The notes below the pieces were generated by a model that was not told where the DNA came from, did not search any database, and saw only the letters and a list, made by a program, of their open reading frames with translations. 64,000 nucleotides of DNA from Zunongwangia sp. ESRF-bin46. GTDB lineage: Bacteria > Bacteroidota > Bacteroidia > Flavobacteriales > Flavobacteriaceae. Made by a program: the position numbers and the translations under genes. Positions 28,587 to 38,023 of the stretch are shown here, in pieces. How positions within the stretch are numbered: the stretch's first letter is position 1; the number at the start of each line of letters is the position of its first letter. The stretch is from NCBI GenBank assembly GCA_002631855.1, contig NTLF01000014.1, forward strand, positions 297,951-361,950, in the 5' to 3' direction.

Positions 28587-29477
28587 TTATGCTGAAAGAC
28601 TCATCAAATATTTTTTGGGTGTGGTACCGTACTTTTTCTTAAAAGCTGCAATAAAGTGGCTGGCTGCACTGTAGCCTACTTTTAACCCTACTTCGTTTAC
28701 ATTATGAGAACCGGTAGCCAATAATTGTCGCGCTACTTCCATTTTATAATCGAACAAAAAGCTAAAAACCGAATCACCATAAATCTGCTTAAACCCCTCT
28801 TTTAATTTATTGATAGGCAAGTTAATTTCATCAGCCAATTCCTGTAAAGTGGGCGGTTCTGCCATTTTATTGATAATAATCTGCTTGGCCCTTTTTATCT
28901 TAGTTACGTTATCTTCATCAGCTAAAAAGGGACATTGCTCTACATCCAAATCTGCTGGTCTATTAAAATAAAGGCTTAACAACTCGTACGCTTTCCCTTT
29001 AAAATACAAGGGTTTTACCGAAGGATGTAAGTTGTAATTCATTAATTGATTGAGCACAATGGCCATCGATGGTGATATACTCGCATCCTTATAATACTTC
29101 CTACCCTTATTTTCATCACTTAAAAAAGTTATGTAATTGGCTTCGGTTGAAAACAACGCATGGAATTTTTCAATAGGAAGCAATACCGAAAGTACCCAAG
29201 AATGGGCTGGAACATCAATATGTAACGGCAAATCCCGTTGTGGGTTATATAACAATAATGAGTTTTCCTCACTAAGCGGTAATGTGTAACTCCCCTCATT
29301 AAAAAGAAAGCTAGCCGACCCTTTAATGCAAAAGTGAAACTGAATAAAGTTAGATCCTATTTCTCGTTTAAAAGTCTGGTTATCATCCGTTTCATTGTTA
29401 AATTTTAGAATGAAAAACCCTTCGGAAATAAGTGTTTCTTCATAAAAACTTTCAGCGACATTTTTTTCAGAAATCAT
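28587..29477 (-). CDS. AraC family transcriptional regulator divergent from hemA
   Basis: C-terminal PPTLQELA...LKEGFKQIYG...VGYSAASHFIAAFKKKYG; contains Cys-Pro (EQCPF) in the linker. Confidence 0.92.
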   Translation of the reverse strand: MISEKNVAESFYEETLISEGFFILKFNNETDDNQTFKREIGSNFIQFHFCIKGSASFLFNEGSYTLPLSEENSLLLYNPQRDLPLHIDVPAHSWVLSVLLPIEKFHALFSTEANYITFLSDENKGRKYYKDASISPSMAIVLNQLMNYNLHPSVKPLYFKGKAYELLSLYFNRPADLDVEQCPFLADEDNVTKIKRAKQIIINKMAEPPTLQELADEINLPINKLKEGFKQIYGDSVFSFLFDYKMEVARQLLATGSHNVNEVGLKVGYSAASHFIAAFKKKYGTTPKKYLMSLSA

Positions 29478-29494
29478 AGCTAATTATTTAATCT

Positions 29495-29517
29495 TTATTT
29501 AGAATTGTTCTAAACAG
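29495..29517. promoter_or_regulatory. Fur-like operator upstream of araC-hemH
   Basis: TTATTTAGAATTGTTCTAAACAG, near-perfect palindrome ATTTAGAAT-N-RTTCTAAA, 17 nt upstream of the AraC start. Confidence 0.75.
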
Positions 29518-29560
29518 TGTAATAAAATTACCGCTCGAACGATGCGAAATTAGGGCATTT

Positions 29561-29578
29561 ATATGACAAATGTCATAT
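29561..29578. promoter_or_regulatory. 18-bp palindrome in the araC/hemA divergent region
   Basis: ATATGACA-AA-TGTCATAT. Confidence 0.5.
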
Positions 29579-29666
29579 TTTAGCAGAAATTAACACCGTT
29601 CGATATATTTGATACCGCAAGCGTTATTTTTTGACTATTATTGCCCTTACATTTGCGCCGTTAGGT

Positions 29667-30938
29667 ATGAAAAGAATTAACAATACACCTTTATCAACTT
29701 CTGAAGGGAATTTTTATGCTATTGGCCTTAATTATAAAAAGGCCGATGCTGAAGTCCGTGGTCATTTTAGTATTAACGACACAGCGCAAACAAACATCCT
29801 AAAACAGGCAAAACAAGATGGTATTCCATCATTAACTGTTATTTCAACTTGTAATCGTACCGAGTTGTATGGTTTTGCGCAACATCCTTTTCAGCTTATT
29901 AAATTATTGTGCGAACACACCCAAGGTACCATCGAAGAGTTTGAAAAAGTTGCTTACATCCATAAAAATGATGAAGCAATTTCGCACTTATTTAATGTTG
30001 GTACTGGGTTGGATAGTCAGATTTTAGGTGATTTTGAGATTATTAGCCAATTACGCAATGGCTTTCGCCGTTCAAAAAAACACGGATTACTTAATGCGTA
30101 TATGGAACGGTTAATCAATGCAGTAATTCAAGCTAGTAAACGTATTAAAAATGAAACCGAAATATCAACGGGTGCTACGTCGGTGAGTTTTGCTGCCGTT
30201 CAATATATAATGGCACACGTTCCTTATGTTTCAGAAAAAAATATTTTACTCTTCGGAACAGGAAAAATAGGTAGAAACACCTGTGAAAACTTAATTAAGC
30301 ATACCAAGAATGAGCACATTACGCTCATTAACCGAACCAAAGAACGCGCCGAAAAAATTGCAGGTAAGTTCAATCTTATCGTCAAAGATTACGCCGATAT
30401 ACAAAGTGAATTGGCTCAGACCGATGTCTTGGTCGTCGCTACAGGGGCGCAACAGCCTACTATTTCGAAAGAATTATTATTTATAAAAAAACCACTGTTA
30501 ATTTTAGATCTTTCCATTCCGCGAAATGTTTCAGAAGATGTAAAAGAAAATGAATTGGTTACGTTGGTGCACTTGGATGAATTATCTTCCGTTACCAACC
30601 AAACGTTGCAACACCGTGCTGAGCAGATACCGGTTGCAAAAGAAATAATCCAAGAGATAGAATCTGAATTTATCACTTGGGTACGTAACCGTCATTTTAT
30701 ACCAACCGTTAAGGCGTTAAAATCGAAACTTACTGAAATCAAGGCTGGTGAAATTGATTACCACCGCAAAAAACTGGAAGGCTTTAATGAGGAACAAGCT
30801 GAAATTATCAGTGACCGAATCATTCAAAAAATAACGACCCAAGTTGTAAACCACCTGAAACAAGCAAATGGATCTACCGAACATCATTTGCAAATGCTTG
30901 AAACCATGTTTCAGTTAGAAGAAAGTGAACGTGAATAA
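29667..30938 (+). CDS. hemA: Glutamyl-tRNA reductase
   Basis: STCNRTE catalytic Cys, GLDSQILGDFEI, FGTGKIG; ATG 29667 follows -7 box TACATTTG (29648-29655). Confidence 0.95.
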   Translation: MKRINNTPLSTSEGNFYAIGLNYKKADAEVRGHFSINDTAQTNILKQAKQDGIPSLTVISTCNRTELYGFAQHPFQLIKLLCEHTQGTIEEFEKVAYIHKNDEAISHLFNVGTGLDSQILGDFEIISQLRNGFRRSKKHGLLNAYMERLINAVIQASKRIKNETEISTGATSVSFAAVQYIMAHVPYVSEKNILLFGTGKIGRNTCENLIKHTKNEHITLINRTKERAEKIAGKFNLIVKDYADIQSELAQTDVLVVATGAQQPTISKELLFIKKPLLILDLSIPRNVSEDVKENELVTLVHLDELSSVTNQTLQHRAEQIPVAKEIIQEIESEFITWVRNRHFIPTVKALKSKLTEIKAGEIDYHRKKLEGFNEEQAEIISDRIIQKITTQVVNHLKQANGSTEHHLQMLETMFQLEESERE

Positions 30939-31845
30939 AACAATCCGTATTGGTACTCGCGATAGTGAATTGGCACTATGGCAAGCCAAGACCGTCCAAA
31001 ATCAACTTGAAAAATTAGGTTATAAAACTGAATTGGTCCCTGTAAAATCAACAGGAGACTTAATATTAGACCAACCACTATATGAAATGGGAATCACGGG
31101 TATTTTTACCAAAACCCTAGACGTTGCCATGCTCAACGGAACGGTGGATATCGCTGTACATAGCATGAAAGATGTACCTACCCATTTACCTAAAAGAATT
31201 GTGCAAACTGCTGTGTTACCAAGAGCAACAGCTACTGATATTTTAGCAACAAAAGGCAACTTTAATCCCGAGCACCCTTCTACAATAGCAACCGGTAGTC
31301 TTCGCCGAAAAGCACAATGGCTTAATCGCTATCCAAACCACACCGTGGTCGATTTACGCGGAAATGTAAACACTCGATTACAAAAACTTCAAGATAACAA
31401 TTGGCAAGGCGCCATTTTTGCAAAAGCCGGTTTGGAACGTATAAACGTATTGCCCAATAATTTTGAAACTTTAGATTGGATGATACCTGCTCCCGCCCAA
31501 GGCGCAATGGTGATTGTAGCCCTAGAAAAAGATGAATTTAGCATAGAAGCTACTTCAAAATTAAATAATACCGAAGCCGATATTTGCACTTATATTGAAC
31601 GCTCTTTTTTACAAAAATTAGAAGGCGGTTGTACTGCTCCTATTGGTGCATTGGCTACGTGTATTGATGATACCATTCAGTTTAAAGGGGTATTGTTTTC
31701 TTTAGACGGGCAAACAAAGTTAGAAGTCGCCAAGCAATGTTCAAAAAGTGATTACAAATCTTTAGGAATTAACTGCGCTGAAGAAATCCTAGATAACGGC
31801 GGAAAAGAATTAATGGAAGTAATAAAGTCTGAAATAGAAAAATAG
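30931..31845 (+). CDS. hemC: Hydroxymethylbilane synthase
   Basis: IGTRDSELALWQ, AVHSMKDVP, LRGNVNTRL, LEGGCTAPIGA; GTG start 30931 or 30925. Confidence 0.95.
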   Translation: MNKTIRIGTRDSELALWQAKTVQNQLEKLGYKTELVPVKSTGDLILDQPLYEMGITGIFTKTLDVAMLNGTVDIAVHSMKDVPTHLPKRIVQTAVLPRATATDILATKGNFNPEHPSTIATGSLRRKAQWLNRYPNHTVVDLRGNVNTRLQKLQDNNWQGAIFAKAGLERINVLPNNFETLDWMIPAPAQGAMVIVALEKDEFSIEATSKLNNTEADICTYIERSFLQKLEGGCTAPIGALATCIDDTIQFKGVLFSLDGQTKLEVAKQCSKSDYKSLGINCAEEILDNGGKELMEVIKSEIEK

Positions 31846-31852
31846 ACGCTTT

Positions 31853-32515
31853 ATGAAATCCATTCTTTCCACAAAAAAGTTTACCCTTGCTCAAAAAGAG
31901 TTGCTTTTAAACTCTGGATTAACTTTCGTGGAATACAACGCCATTTCTATTGAGTTTGTACCATTTAATGCTCCGAAGCAGATTGAAAATGCCATTTTTA
32001 CGAGTAAAAATGCTGTAAAAGCTGTTTTTTCTAATAAAAAGATAATTCCTGAAATTAAAAATTGCTTTTGCGTAGGTGAAAAAACAAAGGAACTTTTAGA
32101 AGAATATGGTCAAAAAGTGGTGAAAACCACTCAATATGGTTCAGAATTGGCCGATTGTTTGATTAAAAACCACAAAAATGACACATTTTACTTTTTCTGC
32201 GGAAATAAACGACTCGATACCATTCCAAAGGCTTTAAAAGAAGAAAATATTATGTTTTCAGAAATTGAAACTTACGAAACAGTATTAAACCCGAAACACT
32301 TTCAGCGTCAATTCGATGGAATTTTGTTTTTCAGTCCTAGTGCGGTACAAAGTTTTGTTTCAGAAAATAAACTAAAAAACTCAACTGCATTCTGCATTGG
32401 TACAACCACAGCGGCAGAAGCAAAAAAATATACCGAAAATGTCGTGATTGCTAATTCAACTTCGGTTGAAAGCGTGATTGCTAAAACGGTTAAAACATTA
32501 AAAAACTATGATTAA
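31853..32515 (+). CDS. hemD: Uroporphyrinogen-III synthase
   Basis: [29 protein letters not shown]; position after hemC. Confidence 0.88.
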   Translation: MKSILSTKKFTLAQKELLLNSGLTFVEYNAISIEFVPFNAPKQIENAIFTSKNAVKAVFSNKKIIPEIKNCFCVGEKTKELLEEYGQKVVKTTQYGSELADCLIKNHKNDTFYFFCGNKRLDTIPKALKEENIMFSEIETYETVLNPKHFQRQFDGILFFSPSAVQSFVSENKLKNSTAFCIGTTTAAEAKKYTENVVIANSTSVESVIAKTVKTLKNYD

Positions 32516-33539
32516 AAACGATTTATTTCTACGGGCTTTAAAAGGGGAAACAGTAGAGCGCCCACCGGTTTGGATGATGCGACAAGCAGGGCGTTACCTT
32601 CCTGAATTTATGGAAATTAAAGCCAAGTACGACTTTTTCACACGTTGTCAAACCCCTGAACTTGCCAGTGAAATCACCGTACAACCCATTCGTAGATACG
32701 GAATGGATGCCGCTATTTTGTTTTGTGATATTTTAGTTATCCCACAAGCCATGAATATCGAGGTAGAGATGAAACCCGGCGTTGGCCCGTGGCTTCCAAA
32801 CCCGATTCGTAGCGAAAAAGACCTAGACAGCGTTATTGTTCCCGATATTCAAGATACGTTAGGGTACGTGATGGACGCCATTAAAATGACCAAGGAAAAG
32901 TTAAATGAGGAAATTCCGTTAATTGGTTTTGCCGGAAGTCCTTGGACCATTTTATGTTATTGCGTGCAAGGTCAAGGATCGAAAAACTTTGATAAGGCAA
33001 AAGAATTTTGTTTCACGCAACCTGTTGCAGCGCACACTTTACTGCAAAAAATAACTGATACTACGATTGCGTACTTAAAGGAAAAAGTAAAAGCAGGAGT
33101 TGATGCGGTGCAGGTTTTTGATAGCTGGGGCGGCATGTTATCGCCAACCGATTATCAGGAATTTAGTTGGCAGTATATCCAGCAGATTATCGATGCTTTA
33201 AAAGACGATGTTCCTGTTATTGCTTTCGGAAAAGGCTGTTGGTTTGCTATGGATACGATGGCGGCGAGTGGCGCATCTGCTTTAGGCGTTGATTGGACGT
33301 GTGACCCACAAACAGCTAGAAAGTTGACAGGAGGAAACATTACCTTGCAAGGAAACTTTGACCCTACTCGTTTGTTCAGTCCGCCATCTGAAATTAAAAA
33401 GATGGTCACACAAATGATCAATGACTTCGGAAAAGACAAATACATTGTGAATCTAGGCCACGGTATTTTACCTAATATTCCAATTGAAAACGCCGGTGCT
33501 TTTATTGAAGCGGTTAAAGAATATAAAGCCGATTCATGA
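32508..33539 (+). CDS. hemE: Uroporphyrinogen decarboxylase
   Basis: [36 protein letters not shown]. Confidence 0.96.
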   Translation: MIKNDLFLRALKGETVERPPVWMMRQAGRYLPEFMEIKAKYDFFTRCQTPELASEITVQPIRRYGMDAAILFCDILVIPQAMNIEVEMKPGVGPWLPNPIRSEKDLDSVIVPDIQDTLGYVMDAIKMTKEKLNEEIPLIGFAGSPWTILCYCVQGQGSKNFDKAKEFCFTQPVAAHTLLQKITDTTIAYLKEKVKAGVDAVQVFDSWGGMLSPTDYQEFSWQYIQQIIDALKDDVPVIAFGKGCWFAMDTMAASGASALGVDWTCDPQTARKLTGGNITLQGNFDPTRLFSPPSEIKKMVTQMINDFGKDKYIVNLGHGILPNIPIENAGAFIEAVKEYKADS

Positions 33540-34030
33540 ATGTTCTAAAACGCATCCGTCAATTAAGTGTCAAACAGTTGTGGCATTTATCGGTTGTGTT
33601 TATTAAACAACCTCTTTTAGTTTTTCCCACGTTGAATGCGACTAAGAAAACCATGAAAATCAGTGGTGATTTGTATGGGAAAGCGCATCATAAAAACGGA
33701 CCTGCTAATGCGTTTCGGCATGCAATGTGGAATATTTTGATAGCAAAAGCAGCGTTTAGAAAATTTCAGAATGTTGAAAAGAGCATAGCGTGGGCAGAAA
33801 AAGTGACCGATTTACACGAAAAATTAGCGCCAAACAGCCCCTTGGAAACTGCGATGGATCTACACAACAATAAGATGGGTCGCCAATTTTTTGAGGAAGT
33901 TTTAGATCTTTCAGAAGAGAAAATGATTGATTTACTTCAAAAAAGAGCAGAAAATGCTCAAAAAGTGACAAAAACAAGCGAAATTGAAGTTTTTAGAGAA
34001 GAGTTAGTTTTTATTAAAAAACCTTTATAA
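33536..34030 (+). CDS. DUF6973-like uncharacterised protein
   Basis: [23 protein letters not shown] motifs; ATGA overlap with the hemE stop. Confidence 0.65.
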   Translation: MNVLKRIRQLSVKQLWHLSVVFIKQPLLVFPTLNATKKTMKISGDLYGKAHHKNGPANAFRHAMWNILIAKAAFRKFQNVEKSIAWAEKVTDLHEKLAPNSPLETAMDLHNNKMGRQFFEEVLDLSEEKMIDLLQKRAENAQKVTKTSEIEVFREELVFIKKPL

Positions 34031-34038
34031 AACAAATC

Positions 34039-34809
34039 ATGCTTAAAAACATTGTAAGCGCCATAAAAGCTTATTTTAAAACGTTTCAACTAATTTCAAA
34101 ACTGAAGTTATGGAAATATTTTGGCGTACCTATCTTAATAAGCTTGTTAACAGCTACGGCGATTGGCTTTTTAGCGTGGGGATTGAGCGATAATATTGGT
34201 GCGTTTATTTCAAAAATTTGGTTTTGGGAATGGGGCGCTGAAACCTTCAGAACCATTAGCGATGTACTGGGAGCCTTAATTATCATTGCCATTGGCCTCA
34301 TTCTCTACAAACATATCATTATGGCGTTGAGTGCGCCTTTTATGAGTCCCGTTTCAGAAAAAATTGAACAACATTTTTTAGGAACCATACATACGCATAG
34401 AAACACGACAAATGCATCTCAACTCTGGAGAGGCATACGAATTAACGTCCGTAATTTACTATTGGAACTGCTTTTTACTATTCCTATTTTATTACTCAGT
34501 TTAGTTCCGATTGTAAATATTTTCACTTCGGTTTTACTGTTTTTGGTACAATCGTATTACGCTGGCTTTGGAAATATGGATTATACGCTAGAACGGCATT
34601 TTACCTACAGAGAAAGTATTTCATTTGTAAAAAGAAACAAAGGCACTGCCTTAGGAAATGGGATTGTTTTTATGGCGATGCTTTTAATACCAGTTGTAGG
34701 TATTATTTTAGTCTTACCACTATCTGTAACCGCTGCAAGTACTGAAACAGTGAAGCTTTTAAAAGAAAGTAAGCAACTTAAAAATGCTGAAACACTTCAG
34801 AAAAAATAA
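34039..34809 (+). CDS. EI24/CysZ-like membrane protein
   Basis: Multi-TM; APFMSPVSEKIE, YYAGFGNMDYTLER. Confidence 0.8.
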   Translation: MLKNIVSAIKAYFKTFQLISKLKLWKYFGVPILISLLTATAIGFLAWGLSDNIGAFISKIWFWEWGAETFRTISDVLGALIIIAIGLILYKHIIMALSAPFMSPVSEKIEQHFLGTIHTHRNTTNASQLWRGIRINVRNLLLELLFTIPILLLSLVPIVNIFTSVLLFLVQSYYAGFGNMDYTLERHFTYRESISFVKRNKGTALGNGIVFMAMLLIPVVGIILVLPLSVTAASTETVKLLKESKQLKNAETLQKK

Positions 34810-34810
34810 T

Positions 34811-35347
34811 ATGGGAGTTTCTGAAACGACATACCTTTCCTATTTAACCGAAAAAGACGCGGAGTCTCTTTCTTGTTTAATGGTTGCAAACAAAGAACGG
34901 TTTCAGCGGTATTTTCCTAAAACGTTAGCTCAAAATTTATCTGTTTCCGATGCTAAAAGCTATATTCAGAAAAAAGCCCAAGAACAGAAAAATAAAACTG
35001 AATTTACCCTTGCTATAAAAGAGACTACTTCACAATTAGTTGCTGGTTTAGTTATCTTAAAAGATATAGATTGGAATAACAAAGAAGGAGAACTAGCGTA
35101 TTGTATAGGAGAAAATTTTGAAGGAAAAGGCCTTATGACAAAAGCAATTATTGAGGTTTCAAAAACTGCTTTTTCAGAAATACAGCTCTCCACATTAAAA
35201 ATAATAGTTCATAAAACGAATCCAGCCAGTATTCGCGTGGCTGAAAAAACAGGTTTTATCTGGAAAAAAACATTGCTAAAAGAATATACACCACCAGATG
35301 AATCGCCTTTGGATATGGAATTATATGAATTAGAAAGAAAAAATTAA
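34811..35347 (+). CDS. GNAT acetyltransferase (RimJ/RimL-like)
   Basis: ELAYCIGENFEGKGLMTKA, NPASIRVAEKTGF; ATG 34811 preferred over track 34784. Confidence 0.85.
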   Translation: MGVSETTYLSYLTEKDAESLSCLMVANKERFQRYFPKTLAQNLSVSDAKSYIQKKAQEQKNKTEFTLAIKETTSQLVAGLVILKDIDWNNKEGELAYCIGENFEGKGLMTKAIIEVSKTAFSEIQLSTLKIIVHKTNPASIRVAEKTGFIWKKTLLKEYTPPDESPLDMELYELERKN

Positions 35348-35348
35348 T

Positions 35349-36251
35349 ATGAAAGAAAAATTCGTAACCTACATAAAAAACCTACAAGATACGATCACTT
35401 TAAAACTTGAAACCATTGATGGCAAAGCTACTTTTAAAGAAGACCCTTGGGTTCGAAAAGAAGGTGGTGGCGGTCGTACCCGAGTGATTGAAAACGGAGC
35501 TGTTTTTGAAAAAGGTGGCGTAAATATTAGTGAAATACACGGCGAATTGCCTGAAAGCATGCAAAACTATTTTGGCGTAAAAGATGCCAACTTTTTTGCG
35601 TGCGGCTTGAGCTTGGTGTTACACCCAAAAAACCCTTTTGTGCCTACTGTTCATGCCAATTGGCGCTATTTTGAAATGTACGATCAAGAAGGAAGCATCG
35701 TTGATCAATGGTTTGGCGGCGGGCAAGATCTTACCCCGTATTATTTGTTTGAAGAAGATGCGACACACTTTCATCAAGTGAGTAGAACAGCTTGTGATAA
35801 GCATGACCCCAATTTCTACCCTAAATACAAAGCCCGTTGCGATGAATATTTTCACAATGCCCACAGAGGTGAAGGCAGAGGGATTGGCGGTTTGTTTTTC
35901 GATTATTTAAAGAAAACCGAAACGATGAGCATGGAAGACTGGTACAGCTTTGTCACCGAAGTTGGCGATAGTTTCCTAGAAGCTTATGTGCCAATTGTTG
36001 AAAAAAGAAAAAATATTGAATACACTCAAGAAAACCGTGATTGGCAAGAAATTCGTCGTGGCCGTTATGTAGAATTTAATTTGGTACATGATAAAGGCAC
36101 GCTCTTCGGTTTAAAAACCAATGGCCGTATTGAAAGTATTTTAATGAGTTTACCGCCTCATGTTCAATGGCGTTATGATCATAATCCAGAGCCTGGTAGT
36201 GAAGAAGAAAAACTGCTTGAGTGTTTAAAAAAGCCAAAAGAGTGGGTGTAA
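35349..36251 (+). CDS. hemF: Oxygen-dependent coproporphyrinogen III oxidase
   Basis: FEKGGVN, PTVHANWRYFE, WFGGGQDLTP, RRGRYVEFNLVHDKGTLFGL. Confidence 0.96.
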   Translation: MKEKFVTYIKNLQDTITLKLETIDGKATFKEDPWVRKEGGGGRTRVIENGAVFEKGGVNISEIHGELPESMQNYFGVKDANFFACGLSLVLHPKNPFVPTVHANWRYFEMYDQEGSIVDQWFGGGQDLTPYYLFEEDATHFHQVSRTACDKHDPNFYPKYKARCDEYFHNAHRGEGRGIGGLFFDYLKKTETMSMEDWYSFVTEVGDSFLEAYVPIVEKRKNIEYTQENRDWQEIRRGRYVEFNLVHDKGTLFGLKTNGRIESILMSLPPHVQWRYDHNPEPGSEEEKLLECLKKPKEWV

Positions 36252-36356
36252 ATGAAGTTCTAAATGCTTCAATTGTTATACTTTTCTGAATAAACACAAT
36301 ACTTTGTTCATTTTTAGGTTCAGCTTAGTACTTTTGCTGGGTATTTCGTAATTTGA

Positions 36357-36388
36357 CCCTTCGACTCGAGTTTACCCTGAGCCAGAAG
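36357..36388. repeat. Degenerate REP-like remnant in the dut leader
   Basis: CCCTTCGACTCGAGTTTACCCTGAGCCAGAAG: contains CTTCGAC and CTGAGC half-elements of the same family. Confidence 0.4.
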
Positions 36389-36435
36389 ACAATATCGATT
36401 TATTTTTCAGAATTAAAACAAATAAGCAATCAACC

Positions 36436-36870
36436 ATGAAAGTTAAAATAATCAACAAATCTGAACATCCAATTCCTTCGTATGAAACCATAGCTTCAGC
36501 TGGAATGGATCTTCGGGCTAATGTTTCAGAATCTTCAACCCTAAAACCGTTACAACGTGCTATCGTAAAAACCGGCTTATTTATTGAGCTTCCCATTGGT
36601 TTTGAAGCACAAGTAAGACCACGGAGCGGATTGGCTGCAAAAAAAGGGGTTACCGTTTTAAACAGCCCCGGAACCATCGATGCAGACTATCGAGGAGAAA
36701 TTGGCGTTATCCTTGTGAATCTTTCCAACGAGGATTTTACCATTGAAAACGGCGAGCGTATTGCACAATTGGTTATCGCAAAACACGAACGTGCCGTTTG
36801 GGAAGAAGTAGAAACGCTAGAAGAAACATCCCGCGGAAGCGGTGGCTTTGGTAGCACCGGGACTAAATAA
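36436..36870 (+). CDS. dut: dUTP diphosphatase
   Basis: [38 protein letters not shown]. Confidence 0.97.
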   Translation: MKVKIINKSEHPIPSYETIASAGMDLRANVSESSTLKPLQRAIVKTGLFIELPIGFEAQVRPRSGLAAKKGVTVLNSPGTIDADYRGEIGVILVNLSNEDFTIENGERIAQLVIAKHERAVWEEVETLEETSRGSGGFGSTGTK

Positions 36871-36918
36871 ATAATAAAATAACTGTAAACCTAAATCCCC
36901 CCACAAACTAAAAAAATC

Positions 36919-37935
36919 ATGAAAATAATCGTACCAATGGCCGGACGTGGTTCGCGCCTTCGTCCACATACGTTAACCATACCAAAACCGTTAATTCCGG
37001 TGGCAGGAAAACCAATTGTGCACCGTCTGGTGACTGAGATTACTGAAATTTTAGATGAAAAAGTAGATGAAATCGCTTTTATACTGGGCGACCCTGCATT
37101 TTTCGGGGATGATGTCGTTGAAAGTTTAGAAGAATTAGCCAAAGGTTTAGGAGCAAAACCTACTATTTACCGTCAGTTAGACCCAAAAGGAACTGGTCAC
37201 GCTATTATGTGTGCCGAGCCATCATTGGAAGGTCCAGCGGTAATTGCGTATGCTGATACGTTAATTAAAGCAGATTTTAACCTAGACAAAGAAGCCGATA
37301 GCGTTATTTGGACCAAAAAAGTAGAAAACCCGGAAGCGTACGGCGTGGTAAACTTGAATGACAAAGAAGAAATCACCGAATTAGTTGAAAAACCAACCGA
37401 ATTTGTAAGTGATCAAGCTGTAATTGGTATTTATTACTTTAAAGACGTAGCTGTTTTAAAACAAGAACTTCAATACGTGTTGGATAATAACATTATTCAC
37501 GGAGGCGAATACCAAATTAACGATGGTATTAAACGTATGATGGCAGATGGGAAAGTATTTAAAACAGGAACGGTTGATGAGTGGATGGACTGCGGTAATA
37601 AAGAAGTAACCGTAGCTACCAACAAAAAAATGCTCGGTTTTATTGCTAAAACTGAAGAAAAACTCATTGCTGAGAATCATACCAACGAAAATTCCGAAAT
37701 TATCGAACCGTGCTTTATCGGTGAAGGAGTTGTATTGAAAAACAGCACTGTTGGTCCCTATGCCTCAATTGGCAAAGGCACAATAATTGAGGATAGTACC
37801 GTTAAAAATAGTATAATTCAAACGCATTCGGTTGTTAAAAATGCTACTTTAGACAATGCTATGATTGGCAATCATGCAACATATAATGGCAAGTATACAA
37901 ATGTTAGTATTGGCGATTATTCAGCATTGAAATAA
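36919..37935 (+). CDS. Sugar-phosphate nucleotidyltransferase
   Basis: PMAGRGSRLRPHTLTIPKPL, VEKP, WMDCG, C-terminal left-handed beta-helix repeats. Confidence 0.9.
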   Translation: MKIIVPMAGRGSRLRPHTLTIPKPLIPVAGKPIVHRLVTEITEILDEKVDEIAFILGDPAFFGDDVVESLEELAKGLGAKPTIYRQLDPKGTGHAIMCAEPSLEGPAVIAYADTLIKADFNLDKEADSVIWTKKVENPEAYGVVNLNDKEEITELVEKPTEFVSDQAVIGIYYFKDVAVLKQELQYVLDNNIIHGGEYQINDGIKRMMADGKVFKTGTVDEWMDCGNKEVTVATNKKMLGFIAKTEEKLIAENHTNENSEIIEPCFIGEGVVLKNSTVGPYASIGKGTIIEDSTVKNSIIQTHSVVKNATLDNAMIGNHATYNGKYTNVSIGDYSALK

Positions 37936-37946
37936 AATCAAAGAGT

Positions 37947-38012
37947 CCCCTCGAGCGCAGTCGAGGGGGCTAATTTACATAGGAAATAAAGAGGTCTCAA
38001 CTGCGCTCGACC
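37947..38012. repeat. Inverted pair of REP-like elements (BIME-like doublet)
   Basis: CCCCTCGAGCGCAGTCGAGGGG (37947-37968) and GGTCTCAACTGCGCTCGACC (37993-38012); cores are reverse complements with one mismatch. Confidence 0.75.
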
Positions 38013-38023
38013 AGACATAATAT

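Noticed and set aside
25512-36251. Absence of hemB, hemL and hemN from the heme cluster
   Set aside because: These genes are commonly elsewhere on the chromosome; a 64-kb window cannot show loss
36372-36677. 101-aa minus-strand ORF, and similar 60-140 aa ORFs nested antisense or out of frame within long genes throughout the track
   Set aside because: Shadow frames of well-supported genes (here dut); no motifs or independent expression signals
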